A DNA stretch of 64,000 nt, from contig CDMY01000462.1 of NCBI GenBank assembly GCA_001179505.1, positions 7,852 to 71,851 of the forward strand, in the 5' to 3' direction. This DNA comes from Vitrella brassicaformis CCMP3155. Its lineage: Eukaryota > Protista > Chromerida. Positions within the stretch are counted from its first letter, which is position 1. Each line of letters opens with the position of its first letter. The notes beneath the pieces are model-generated. The model did no database searches. It was given only the letters and a program-made list of their open reading frames with translations, and was not told where the DNA came from. Below, one piece after another: positions 1-13,000 of this stretch. Made by a program: the position numbers and the translations under genes.

Positions 1-338
1 ACCCGACCCAACGCCAGCACTCACGGAGGGAAAAATCCTCGCCCGTGTGCATGCACCCGTCCTAACAATCGACAGACACTTGACAGACAAGAAGCGATAC
101 CAGCTCAGACAGACAACGACCAACACACGTCAAAGAGGGGGAGAGAGAGAGACAGACAGACAGGCGAGTACTCAGTCAGTCAGTCAGTGCGCTCCGAACC
201 GGACAGAGTCATTTAGGAGGGAAATAAACCGCACGATCCGATCTCTCCCCAGAAGCAGCAAGAAAACGAGTGTCTCTCTCTGTGTGTGGGCATGTCAATG
301 ATGTCTCTCATGTATCCGTACGTTTGTACGTGTTCAGT

Positions 339-394
339 ACCATTGAGGGAGGGGAACCACACGACAACCATTGAGGGAGGGGAACCACACGACA
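339..394. repeat. 28-bp direct tandem repeat x2 followed by (GACAC)-like repeats
   Basis: accattgagggaggggaaccacacgaca occurs at 339-366 and 367-394. Confidence 0.9.
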
Positions 395-1195
395 CGACAC
401 GATACAATACGACACGACACGACGAGGCAGACAGAGGGGGGCGGGGCCCCTCTGTGCTTTTTCTTCTTCCCCCGCAAAACCGACACCGCACCGCAACTCT
501 GACGTATGAATGAGCCCCTTTCCCATATCCCTCAGTGAGCCGTCAGGTGAAAAAGGCTGCTGACGGCCCACACTCCCTGGCCTGGTGGCTCACAGATGTA
601 TGCCCACCCCAACCAACACACGTAGGGTGCCTGCATCGGTGTAAGCACCCACTTCTGTCCGGCCGCATCAGAGATCCATCGGACGTCCGCATGTCTGACA
701 GCATCAAGATATGCACTCAGCCAACATGATGACGTCAGCTGTGCACATCTCGGTGCAGCGCGACATGGAGACATCCCATCATGAGATCTCACAACAACAC
801 AAGGTACACAATGGGGCTGCGGCCTGCCTGTCTGTCTGCGTGCAGTGAGCATTGCCACGGGCTCGATGACACATCAATCCTCCTTTTCTATGAGGTGGAC
901 GGTGCGTCACCGCCACTCTGGCAGGGCCCTCCGGCACACCAACAGACGACCGCCTTGTCACACACACACACCACACACAGCACTCGCTTCACCGCACAGT
1001 GTGAAAAATTATAGGCATGATCAGGAATCAAGAAGGGGCGTGGCCACGCCCGGCGAATGGCTGACGCCCGCAAACAAGAGAGACAAGAAACTCAGTCACG
1101 CGCCCCAAGACCCACCCACGCACCCCTTCCACCGCATCAACACAGAAACAAAACGCACCACACGCCCCTGGCCCCTTCCCTCCCTCCCTGCCAGT

Positions 1196-4100
1196 CTAGC
1201 CCTTTTCCTCCTTCTTGACGAAGGGCAGCGGCATCTGCTGCAGGGCGCTGGGGTTGTCGAGGTTGCGCAGCACCGCCGACACGGCCGAGAGGGTCGACTC
1301 GAGCACCTCCAGACGCTTGCACTGCAGAGAGGGGTCGGCCGCTGCTCCTGCTGCTGCTGCTGGTGCTGATGCTGCTGATGTGGCAAATGGCGCTGTGGGA
1401 GTGGGGGTGGTGGTATCGGGACGGGAGACCTGCTTGGACAGCCACCCGCAAAAGTCATCCTGAACATACGCAGCGACGAAACACTCCTTCTAATGCCTTT
1501 CTCCTTTGTCTTGAGTGGGCTCTATCTGTCTGTCTGTCTTATCACTGACCAAGAAGTCAGATCTCTGCTGGCCGACGTCGCCCCCACCCCCAGGAACGGC
1601 AGATGCAGCAACGCTGCTGCTTGACGTCGCCTTTTGCGGCGGCCCGTCCACCGGATACCCTCCCACAATGGTCGACCCGACTCGCGCATCTCTCGGCTGC
1701 GAGTAGCTGAAAGGTGGCGCGCTGGTCGGCAGCATGAACGGCGCAGGGGCGCGGTCAGCCGATGACGCCTTCCTCGCCCCCTGCTGGTCCAGCAGCACCG
1801 TCTCGTCGTCGAGCTCCTCGATCTCGACATTGCCAGAGTTGCGGCTCTCTGTCTGGAGGTCCGGGCTGCCGGCCTCGCCGCCCAACAGGCCGTCGAAAGG
1901 CGCGTCGGCCCCGCCCCCGAAGAGACTCATGGTGGGCGGCCCCACCCCGTCGGCCCCGTTGGTGTCGTCGTTGCTCTTGATGAACCCCTCCGCCACGTGG
2001 ATCATGTCCTCGGTGTCGGCATTGAGGAAGGGCGGAGAGGGAGATGGCGCGCGGAGGCCGGGCGCGGGCGTGTGGGTGTGGGGGTGGGGGAAGAGGCTGC
2101 TGGGTGCGGGGTGCGGGTGGGGGGGAGGGGGAGGGGCGAAGGGGGCCACTGATGGGAAATGTGGGGGATGGGGTTGGGGGTTAGTGAAGGCGTCCATGGT
2201 CGAGTAGGACGGCTCTGTGGGCGATTCCTGACGCATTGGCGGCATTGGCGGCGGCGGTGTGTCGTAGCCTGCCTTCTTGATGGACTCGCGCAGCATTTGG
2301 ATCTCCAGATTCTGATCAACACGACACAGCAGAGCTTTTGGCGGTTGCTTCCCTGCATGTCTAGAGAGTCACCTTGAGATGGAGCTCTTTCTCTTTGGCC
2401 TCCAGCAGCTGCTCCTTCTCGTGCAGCGACGCACTGATCGATGCCGACAAACACACAAACAAACGAGCCACTTGCTGTGCCATATGTCATATGCCGCTGT
2501 ATCGTCTTCTCTTCTTTCTCACCGGAGCGGCCCGATGGCCTCGAGCGCCTCCTTTCTCCGCCGCTGCTCGCGACGAGACAACTCACGGTTCCGACGAATG
2601 CTGACAGGTACACGCACGACATCAGCATTCGTGTCGGTTGCTGTGTGTGTGGGCGTAGGGGAGGGTGGGGTGACCTACCGAATGCACGCTCTGCAGTCGC
2701 ACTCCTCTGACCCGTTGTGCGGGCACTTGCGGCTGCTGCCCCCGCCACCACCCCCGCCACCACCACCGCTCCGACGGCGCTTGGACGAGTCGTCCAGAGA
2801 GATGTCCTGTGTGCACGTTGGTTGGGTACACGGAACGTACGTATGGGGTACACAAGGCGTCGTTTCTGTGTGTGTGCGTGCGTGTGTGTGTGTGCGTGTC
2901 GCCCACCGGGATGTCGGCGACGGCGCGCTTCTTGGGCTTGATGAGAGGAGAACCTGGTAAGGACAATACACGGCGAGTGGATGGATGGATGGATGGAGTT
3001 CCTACACACACCGACACTGACCTGAGCACTGTCTGAGCCACTCGGCCAGCTGGCCGTGTGACGTCAACTTCTGCATAACGTGCCAAATCCTGTGACTGAG
3101 GCACACACACACACACACACATCCATCCATCCATCCGTCCGCACATTAGCCACCTCCTCACTCCCACTCACCTGTCGTTCTTGGCGATTTCTGGCCCTCC
3201 ATAGAAGGCAAGCACGTGTGTGACGGTGTTGTCGCTGTAGCTGCGGATGGGCACGCCCAGCACCGTCGTGATGCCCAGTTTGGACGCCATCTTGAAACGC
3301 AGAAACGGCTTTCCATTCTGTTTGTTCAAAGGGGCATGGAGGAAGCACAACGAAGTGAAGTCATCACACGGCCCGCTTTCGCTGAGTGGTGGGTGAGGTA
3401 CCCTCTGACCTGGTGGCTCATCTGCAGGTTATCGGTGAACTCTGGCTGACAGGTCGCCAACACACGGCCGGGCATGCCCTGATGGATGGATATATAAAGA
3501 GTGGATGAGTTAGGGGGATGGATGGCTGTATGCGTGTGTGGTGCTGTCTTGTCTTGTTCAGTCGCTGACCTCTCCCCGCTTGAAGACGAACCCGCTGCTC
3601 TCGAGCATCCACGACACCAACTCAGGACGAGTCTCATAGTGAAACCTGCAGGCAGCACCAACCAAAGCACGAGCTCTCTCTGCTCCCCCTCTGTGGGTTT
3701 GTGTATGTGTGTGGGGGGGTGGGGGGTGGGGGGGTGTCGCCTTACTCTCTGACGTAGTGGAGGTCGTCTTGTATAACCTGCCAGGTGTCCATCGACCAGA
3801 AGCCCCCCTCGTTGCCCGCCTCCTTGAGCAGCCGCTGAACTATCTCCTTTATCTGATCAACCATTTCCCACACACACCATTCCTTCAGGCTCTCTGTGTG
3901 TGTGCGTCTGTGTCTACTGCCTGTCTGTGTGTAGGTAGTACCTGCTCGGCATCGAACGAAACGGGCACAGACCTGCACACACACACGACACAGAGGCGCC
4001 ACCTGTCTGTCTGCCAAGGCACTCCGATTCCTCATGTGTGTGAGTGTGGGTCGGTGTGTGCTGACTGACCTTGATATGGCTGTGGTGATGCTGCCGTCAT

Positions 4101-4692
4101 ACTGGCCGCCGCCCATGGGCTGTCCATACGGGTAGTTAGGCACCATGGCGTGGTGTTGCGACACGTGCGACGCATAAAACGACTCGTACAACTTCTCTAC
4201 CGCCACTGCAGTGCACACACATCACCACAGACACACACAGACGTGTGTGGCAGCAAGCGACGAACCCTCGCACCACTCCCCCTCTCATCCGGCTTACTTG
4301 GCAGTGTGTCGCCGTATAAGTGAGGGGCATTGGTCTGATACAGAGCATCTCTGCACCACACACACCACACACAAACACACAAACACACACACGCAGAAGA
4401 CAGGCAGACAGACCCCTTCTCGATAGTCTATCGTTCGTGTGTGCTCCACACATCCCTCGACGCACCTGAAGGCTTCAAAGGGAACATTGGCCGCCCCTCC
4501 GTGCACACCAGCAAGGCGCTCAAAAGCATCCTGAGCACACACAACACACAAGGCACACACAAGAGAGAGCAATGCCTCGTCAGCCTTCTTCGACACAATC
4601 AGCCGAGACACCGCGCCGCAGCAGTGCCGTGCTGCCCGCAGTGAGCTCACCTGTGCCAGAGCGGCCAGTCCGTTGTGCTGAGGTCCTGCCAT
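1196..4692 (-). CDS. GAF-domain + bZIP-like putative transcription factor (multi-exon)
   Basis: Hand-spliced exons join in frame from ATG 4692 (MAGPQHNG) to TAG 1196. GAF-like segment at about 3171-3835: FVFKRGE|GMPGRVLATCQPEF...PFLRFKMASKLGITTVLGVPI...VLAFY. NLS-like PKKR/KRRR. Basic region IRRNRELSRREQRRRKEALEA followed by heptads I-L-L-L-I-I (about 2270-2605). Pro-rich tail. Confidence 0.8.
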
Positions 4693-4920
4693 CGGCGAAA
4701 AACGCACCGGTGGCCTCCCAGCCTCCCAAGGGCAGCAACGAGACGCTCCACACACCTCTCAGAGCGGAAAAAGGGAAAGCGAAGGAACCGAAGGGAAAGG
4801 GCGCGCACTAGGAACTTCGCGTTAGTGCTCCCCGAAACCGCTGCTGCGACTGATCTGCGACGGCGTGCCGGACTGCCTCCCTCTCTGATCCATCATCCGC
4901 CCTCCTTCGCCGCACCGCTG

Positions 4921-6175
4921 ATGGGGATGTTTTGGTCTCGCCCCCTGTGGGTGCAGGAGGTCGACGAGAAGGAACGGTTTTTTCTGGACGACTATCCACG
5001 GCGTATCGATGAGGGTGCGAAGAACATCGGTGCCTTGAGGGATGGGATTCGGGAGAAGTGGAAAGTCGGCGGGCACATCGAGATAAGGCTGATCCTTAAG
5101 CCGGGAAGCGGCAAACCATGCGAGTCGGACAGCGTGGCGAAAGTCTTCGGCGAGTGTGGCAGGGACGACAGGGACCCTATACGATGGCAGAAAACAAGTG
5201 AGCAGAGCGGGTGACTTATTTGCCTTCTAATCGGTTTCTCTCTGTCTGCCTGCCTGCCTGCCTTCTCTGTGTCTGTCTGCAGCACGGAGGCGGTCTCTCG
5301 AAGACGACGACGACAGGGCACCAGTGGCCGTGTCGAAGCTGTCTGTCGTCGGTGAGGTCGACCTGGCCCGAGCCCATGAGCCGAAGAAGACTCCCATTCC
5401 CGGCCCCTTCCCAAGCGTCCCGCCCTTTACCGGCGACACCCAGATCGAGCCGCCAGTCCACGAGTATCTCAAGGAGATTCTCGCTAGAGTCGTCGGGGAG
5501 GCCAACAAGCTACGAGAAGACAAGCTCGAGGTCTCCGAATGCCGCTCGAGAGTCATGGAGTCAGCCAGACGGCTGCCAACACGGCATGGCGGCTGGCGAT
5601 ATATTTCGGGGAGCCCGGGCAGTTTAGCCATCGGTCCCGACGGCTTGAGCAATGCTACTTCTGACGAGGCATTCGCGGCCAGTCTGGCGGTTATCGTTGA
5701 GGCCAAGGCAGCGAAATACACGGAGCGAGGGCTGTCTGAATTCTGCAAGGAGGTCTCAGCCAAGATGTGTGTTGTGCGATCGTGGAAGCAAGACGCAGAG
5801 AGCGAGGGGGAAGTGCGTGATGATGCTATAGGTGTCTTGTGCAATGGCACGGAGGCCATCGTGTTAGACTTTTTTCCGGGATACGAAAAGTCAGAGCTCG
5901 ATATGGGTGAGAGTCAGGCGCTCTGTATGAGTGATCTTGCCAATTTTCTGGTGGGTTTCTTGAGCGAGTGGCGGGTGCAGAGAGAGATCAGTATAGAGGA
6001 GGAAGCAGCACTAGCTGAGAGGACTCGGGATCGTGCTGCTCGGAAAGCTCAGGATGAGGAGGAACTGATTCGTTGGGCGGAGCAGTTCATGGATGAAGAC
6101 GACAGTTGTGATATAAGGAAGTGGGGACCCAAAATAGAGCGTGCATTGGTGAGTGACTTGTGCGTGAGTGGATGA
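4921..6175 (+). CDS. Crinkler-like protein: Ubl-like N-terminal header + PD-(D/E)xK (REase-fold) domain
   Basis: ATG 4921; intron 5198-5282 (GT..AG) joins the exons in frame. Header WVQEV...IGALRDGIREK...GRDDRDPIRW. C-terminal ISGSPG...VIVEAK...GLSEFCKE...IGVLCNG. The 3' end is uncertain because there is a possible donor GTGAGT near 6150. Confidence 0.6.
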
Positions 6176-6523
6176 TGGATGCGCTGAAAGTTTTTGTCGA
6201 CGAGAGATGGCACATTGCGTCGCTTTTCATTATGGCCACCCACTGCAGTTTGCAAGCTACATCCATGTGTCTTCCTGAAGAGACCGTTTGGCCCTTCATC
6301 AGACCATCCGGTAGGTGTGGCTCCGTTCGTTGGACAACGAATGAGAGCACACCTACAGAAGGCCCAACAAAGGGCGAAACGAAGTGTCAAACACTGTCCC
6401 ACCGGCCTCTCTCTCTCTCTCTCTGTGTGTGTGCAAACGTCGCTCGCTGCAGTCCCAGACAAGCCTGTCTGTCTGCCCACCCACCCATACAGACATCATT
6501 TCCCCTCGACAGCAATCGATCAA

Positions 6524-9455
6524 TCAGAGCCCCTCTTGCCTGCCGCCGGCCTGTGTGACATCTGACGGCTGCTGTTGCTGCTGCTGTGTGAGTGGGTGGG
6601 GTATAGGGCGCGCAGCGGCCGTGTCGATAAGCGCCCGGGAGCGGAGCCGTCGCAGGGGGTTGGGGCGGGCCGAATCTGAATGACACAGAGAGAGAGAAAT
6701 AAGACAAACGGGCGTGCTTGCTTGAGAGTGCTCGTGTTGTGCGCGTGTGTATGTGTGTGTGTGCGTGTATGGTGGGTGGGACCACCTACACACCTCTGGC
6801 CTGTGTCTCATCGTCTTCCTCCTCATCCATGCCGTCGTCATCCTCAAGACCCTCAGTCGACTCCAATGCTGGATCCTTGTGCAACCTGCAAACACACCAC
6901 ACACATACATGGATGGAAGGATGGATGGATGGACCACATCGTGTGTGTTGGCTGACCGGTAAAGGAACACGCCCAGTATGATGGCCGCCGACGAGAGGGT
7001 CGCCAGGTAGTCAAACGGGTCGAGCGGCCTGATTTGATTGATGGATGGACCACGCCGCACCACACCACACACACACAATAAAGTGTGTGAGATTGGATAT
7101 GCATAACTCATCTCACCTGACGACAAAGAAGGTGATGAAGGCCGCCAGCGCGCCAACCGACGACACGGCACCCAACGCAACGATGCCATCTGACCACACA
7201 CACACACACACACACCACACCACACACCATCGGGCCGTTTCTCCCTCCCTCCTCCCCTCCCTCTCTCCCTCAGTGCTTTCTCACTGACGCATTGATTGCA
7301 TGGCCATTGTCGAGCTGTAGTAGAGCAACACGTGTGAGAGCAGCAGCAGCCCCACGAAATCCCGGGCAGTGCGGCACTCGCCAGGCTTGAGCGACAGCAT
7401 GCTCTGCAGCACATCACCGCCCGATAGCGAAGGCGGTGATGGAGGGGGAGAGGGGGCGGGAGGGGCCGGGGCGGTCGTCACGGGCGACGGCTCGGGCGGA
7501 TCAATGCCCCCTACACAGACAGACAGACAGGCAAGACGGTCCCTTATCGATAGGCGCGAGTGCGTCTGCCCCTATGTGTCTGTCATTCTCACCGACAAGG
7601 CACATGAATGCATCCCGATAAAATAGCTGTGGCGACATCAGATCGCCCGTGTTGGCCTCATCGCCGGCACCCAATAAAGCCCGACGAAGCGACACAATGG
7701 AAGCAATAACATTATTGTTGGGCGGGGAGGAGGGGCCGGGAGGAGCTGGGGGCGGGGTGGTGGTTGCAGGGGTAGGTGCGGGCGGGTGCACATGGTGGCC
7801 CGTGTGCAGGTGCTGCTGCAGGTACAGGCCGGCAGGGAGGAAGGCGAACGACCACAGCAGCTGGATGAGCGATATCAGCGCGTGAAGACACCGGGGGTCG
7901 GCGGGCTGCGGCGAGTGCAGCAGGGCCACTTCCTTCCAGGCGCCCGAGATGACGGTCAGGCAGCCGGCGAGGATGTAGAGGTATGACGACCAGTGGGAGG
8001 GGCACGTGGTGGTCGTCTTGGCCCGCGCCCAGGGCACCACATTGATGGCGATGCCCAAAAGGATCAACAGCGCGCCGACGTAGTGGACGGCACGGTACCT
8101 AGAATACGGGGAGGCCGCTGGTCAGTCATGTGCCTTGCCATTCTCTCTCTCTCCCTCTCTCTGTGTGTGGGGTATGTTATGGTTACTTCCTCTGGTGCAG
8201 ACATGCGTTGATGAACAGCTGTATGGGAATCCCCACCTGCAGCGACGTCACCGTCTGCCACCCAGGCATGATGCTGACACAAGAGCATCGAAGCAGTCAG
8301 TCGCATCCATGAGTTGAGTGAGTGCATCGGACGGCGTGTTGGCTACCCTGCCGGCACATAGAAGAGTATGGCGGCGATGCAGTCGATAAGGCCCCACATG
8401 AAGAGCGACACGCCCGACAAGTTGTTGGCGGACGGACGGGGGAACGACGTCGCAGCACCTGGCCACCACCCACACACACAGAAGCACTCTCGCATAAAGA
8501 GCCGGGAAGGGGTGTGCGGTGCAGCTGGCTCACTTTCTGCGATCTCTCTGAAGAATTCCCTGACTGAGTGCATGGCGGCGCGCCATCTCGCCCTGCCCCC
8601 CGCCACCAGCGGAACACGCCGCGAAGTCGCGGCATCTCTCGGCTCAGGCTGATGCTGGCATACACGCAGAATAAAATGTCACACCGATGCCACAATGCCT
8701 CTTTGTCCATTCCCGCACTAACCAGCACAGCGACCATGTCCGAGCTGCCACCTTCGACTTGGTTCACAGAGGCCAGGTCGGTGAAGTCAGCTTCCCCGTC
8801 AGCTCGTCGATCTGGCGAGGGGAAACCTGTTGTGGGCTGGACAGTGGCGTGCCGCTCCGTGTGCAGGGGCAGCCGCCGCCTGTGCACGCGGACGAAGGCC
8901 ACCAGGCAGCCGCTGAGAAGACCGAGAGGGATGTGCACCAGACACACCAGCTGCCTGACAGACCAACACAAGATAGATGGATGGATGGACTGTGTGTGGG
9001 TGTGGTTGGTTCCCGCCTCACATGACAACATATCTGTAGTGCCTCGCCGTCGAGCAGGCCTCCTTGAAGAACACCCGCTCGCCCCAGCAGAAAGCCACCA
9101 CCCCTGCCAGCGGCACCCACTGCTTGACCACCTTCTTGAGGTAGCGGCCGCTCAGCACACGGGCAGGCAGCCGCCCAACGATGTTCCTCCGGGGCCGAAT
9201 GTGCCACCAGGTGGGCTGGTGGAAGTACCGCCGCACGCCGTTCAGCCCGCTGGGCAGCTCATCGCTCTGCAGCCATGACGCAGTGCTGCTCGTCAGGTCG
9301 GTCGGGCGGGTCTTCAGAGGCACATCGCCGCTGCCTTCGCTCTCGTTGAGCCGCTCGTCAGCTGTGAATGAGCCGTTGTTGTAGGCGAACGACACATCCG
9401 TCGATTGCGCAGTGATGCCAGAGGTGTTTGTCGACTGAGCTGCTCGAGGCTCCAT
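6524..9455 (-). CDS. CRT-like transporter (chloroquine resistance transporter-like family, DMT superfamily)
   Basis: Multiple hydrophobic exons with family-like motifs RYRAVHYVGALLILLGIAI, LTVISGAWKEVAL, LISLIQLLWSFAFLP, FYRDAFMCLVGEN and LGVFLYR, then an acidic/Q-rich tail ending at TGA 6524. The start is uncertain: ATG 9455 follows an acceptor-like sequence. Confidence 0.82.
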
Positions 9456-10024
9456 CTGGGCGAGAGGGGAGAGAGTGAGGAATGGACGCAAAGGTAAGAT
9501 GGTCGAGGAGGCTTCAGAGAGCCCAGACGTCCTCAGGCAAAGCCTTCACGCTCAGGTGTCATCACAACAGTTCTTCCTGATGATGAAACGGAGAAAAGAA
9601 AGGAGATGAGAAACTTCTGGATGCATGCTTGAGTGAAGTCGAGTCATTCTCAGCCTCGTACCCCTCCTGTTTGCAACCTGTGTTTTCGCATCGGTACTCA
9701 GCGGCAAAAATTAGTTGCGATCCGAGACGGGCAGTAACTCTCCGCGAGGCAGTGTTCGCCCCTACCACGGCGACTGCTCGGTGGAGCCGCTCAACTAATC
9801 AGATAACCTCAACACCAACGCCGACGCCCTCAGAGAGGTGGCCAAAACAAAAAATTGGGCCAAAATCAGAACCAACCGGCAATACATTGGACAAATGAAG
9901 ACATCGAGTCGTCTGTCCAGATACACGACCAACTAGATCCACAGGCGGCCAAACTTAACACATGGCCCATCCATCCATAACAGCCTACACTTTCAATGCA
10001 CAAGCCTCCCCCTCCTGGATCTAC

Positions 10025-13000
10025 TTAAGAAGCAAGCAGGCCCTCCAGCCGGCGCTTCGCCTCTGCCAACTGAAACACACACACACGCTCAAATACAGCA
10101 CCCTTGTGTGTATGCCGCCACCCACAATGTGCCTCACTGACCCTGTCGCTGTGTGTGGCCTTGATGTAAGCCGTGTTGTCCCTCTTGCGGTGCTTGCTCC
10201 GGAGCGGCCGCCCCTTGTCAGCCGCCATCCTGCTCGTCACCTTCACCTCACCCTCATCGTCCAAGAACATCAGCCTCTCACCATCGCCACCATCATCACC
10301 ACCGTGCCCAGTGTCACCGCGCCTCTCCGCCCGCTGCTTGTGGTGCTTGACCTTTCGTCTGGCGATCTCTTGTGCGATCTCTGGCGGCACCTCGGTCTCT
10401 GCTGTGGGACTGGCGCCTACACGCCTGGCGCGGGGCAGCTTGATCTCGAAGGAAGTCGCAAAGTCGAAGGAATCGTCATTGGACGGACAACGGGCATTGG
10501 GACCACCAGGCAGCTAGTGGAGAGAAAGCCAGAGAGGGCGTATGTGTGTACGCGTGTGTGTGGGCTTCTCGCGTACGTCTGCGAGTCTCTCTTGGTCGAG
10601 CCCTTTGGCGGTGTCCTGGATGAGCACTTTGAAGTTCTGACCAAGAGCAGCACCACAAAGACACAACACGATCTCTTGAGTGTCTTGTGTGCTTCCCTCC
10701 CTCCCTCCCTCCCTGCCTAACATTGCCCACCGACCTTCGGGTAGTTGTGTGTGACAAAGGGAAGGCGGACCACCTTGCCGGCCACCAGTTTGCGCGAGCA
10801 CCGGCCGCTCAGCCACCGCATCTTGGTGTGCTTCGGCGTGTCGCTCGGGACATCCACCGGCACACGCACCAACACATCCAGCCCATGGCGCGCATACTCG
10901 GGCTTGATGAACCTGTATATATTGGACACAATACGATCAGTGCGTTTGGCCATGGTGCGCTTGTGGGTCCCTCCCCCACTGACCCCATAGCGATGCGTCG
11001 TTTGAGCACCGGGCTCCAGACGGCCGAGGTGACTTCGCCGATGGGTCGCCTGTGTGGGTTAGAGAGGATGCCGCAGCCGGCGAATACGTGTCGGTCGGCG
11101 AGGAAGCCCACCCGCCGGTAGGTGGGCCCCTTGGCCAGCTGCACAAACAGCTTCTCCCAGCCGAACATCATGTGCCGACGCATCTTGTCCTGGTCCAGCA
11201 GCCAAGTCAGCGACGCGTGCACGGGCGTGACCTGAGCGAGGAAGAAAAGAGGGGCTGGCTTGTGTGTCGCATGTGTCTTGTGTCTGATGTGGTGGTACCA
11301 GTGGCGTGATGTCCACTCCTGCCCGAGGCAGCCCTGCCTCCATTCGCAGCATGTCCAGGGTGAACAAACCAGCTGGGGATAATGACGGATGGGCAAGCAG
11401 CGTCCTGCACACAGACAGGTGGACGGATGAGCCGGGAAGGATCTGACCTCCCTTCGTCATGCACCCACCTGGCGAGCACCGGCGCTAGGTCAGGTGTGGT
11501 GACGATCTCCACGCCGTCCTCGCCAGTAATGCCCGCCCGCATCAGCACCGCATCGCCACTCTTCCCCCCATCCCATGACCACTGCAGACTGGCCGCCTGG
11601 AAGTACTTCAGCGACAGCAGCTGAGAAGGCGATATCTCCTCGCCGTTGTGGTCGAATGCTCGGGCGAAGACAGGAACAGGGAAGGAGAGAGATGGCGGGG
11701 GTGGGAGAGGGGCGCCTTGCTGGTGGTCTGTGCCTTGCGGGGCGTCTGGTGTTGTTTGCATGGCCGTGAGGCAGTCGGTGAGGACGTTCACCGCCTTTGG
11801 ACCCTGCAGCGCGAGATTCGCCGTGTAGACGGACGGCTGGATGTTCACATCAAGACCAGACTGCCTGCACACACACACACACACACACATCCATCCATCC
11901 ACTGGACATCTCGCATGACGTATCCATCGCCGCGCATGCACCTGCAGTAGACAATGTACTGCGACAGGTAGTCGAAGAGGCTCTTGCGGTTGTGGCCCGA
12001 ACACGTCATGAGGATGTCATCCACCCTCTTGCACACAAAGGCGTCGTCAAGGATGTACCCCTTGCTGTCGACCACACACGCATACTGCACATTGCCCAGC
12101 TGCACACACACACACACACTCTCATAGAGAGGGCATCAATGTACCCAGCGTGACTGTCTCTTCGCGTGTGTGTCGCGTGCCTTCATTTTTTGCAGAGAGC
12201 AGGTGAGAAAGTGGTCGGCAGCGAGGTAGCGGTCCTTGCCGCTGATGTGGTAAGCGGCACGGTAGGACGTGTCGATCAGCACCGCACCGCTGCGGGCGGC
12301 CGCATGACCCGACACAGCACCCCTGCATAGACACCACACACCACACAATCGATGGGCTATCCATCTCCGCTTGTGCCTCTGTGTGTGGCTCGCTCACTCA
12401 GGATATGTGCTGGGCACCATGCAGTCGTGAAAGCGCACGAACTCGGCCCCGTAGGTGGCCCACACGTCGCCAAGGGATGTGGTGCGATCCTCACGGTGCT
12501 CCTGGAACGCCCCCTTGGTGCCCTTCTTTCCACCCCTGCCCTTCTGCCGCCCTTTGCTCTGTCGCTCCTGATCCGCCTTCTCTGCGTGCCGCCGCTCCCA
12601 CGGGGCCATGTCGTCCTCTTTCATGTCCTCGAATGAGCGGATGCCGCTGGCCTGCTTCCGCCTGAGCAGCCGGCGGATCCTCTCCTCCTTGAGATCGGAC
12701 ATGCCGTCGTCAGCGAAGCCCGGGAACATCTCATCGTCGGGCACCTCGTGCCACGATTGGGATGTAGAGGATTGTGCGTCCTCTCCCGGCTCTTCTTCTT
12801 TCCTTTTTGCATAGTCCGTCGCCCCCCACGACTCGACTATGACACCGATGGGGCTGCCGTGGTCATCCACCACTTCTCCGTGGGGCGTGCGGTCCGCAAG
12901 AAAATCGGCCTCGTCGTCTACTCGACGTGGCGGTGGCGGGGCAGCCTGTGGCTGCTCGTCAGGCTGGGGTTGATCCACAGTCCGCCGTACTGGCTTCTGC

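Noticed and set aside
339-425. Direct repeats as a CRISPR-like array or element terminus
   Set aside because: Two adjacent copies with no spacer, merging into simple repeats. This is typical slippage in a eukaryotic 3' region.
2002-3009. 335-aa minus-strand ORF and similar overlapping ORFs
   Set aside because: It is an alternative frame across introns and microsatellites of the GAF-bZIP gene.
9562-9768. 68-aa ORF as the first exon of the CRT-like gene
   Set aside because: No convincing in-frame donor links it to the acceptor at 9456, so it is left unassigned.
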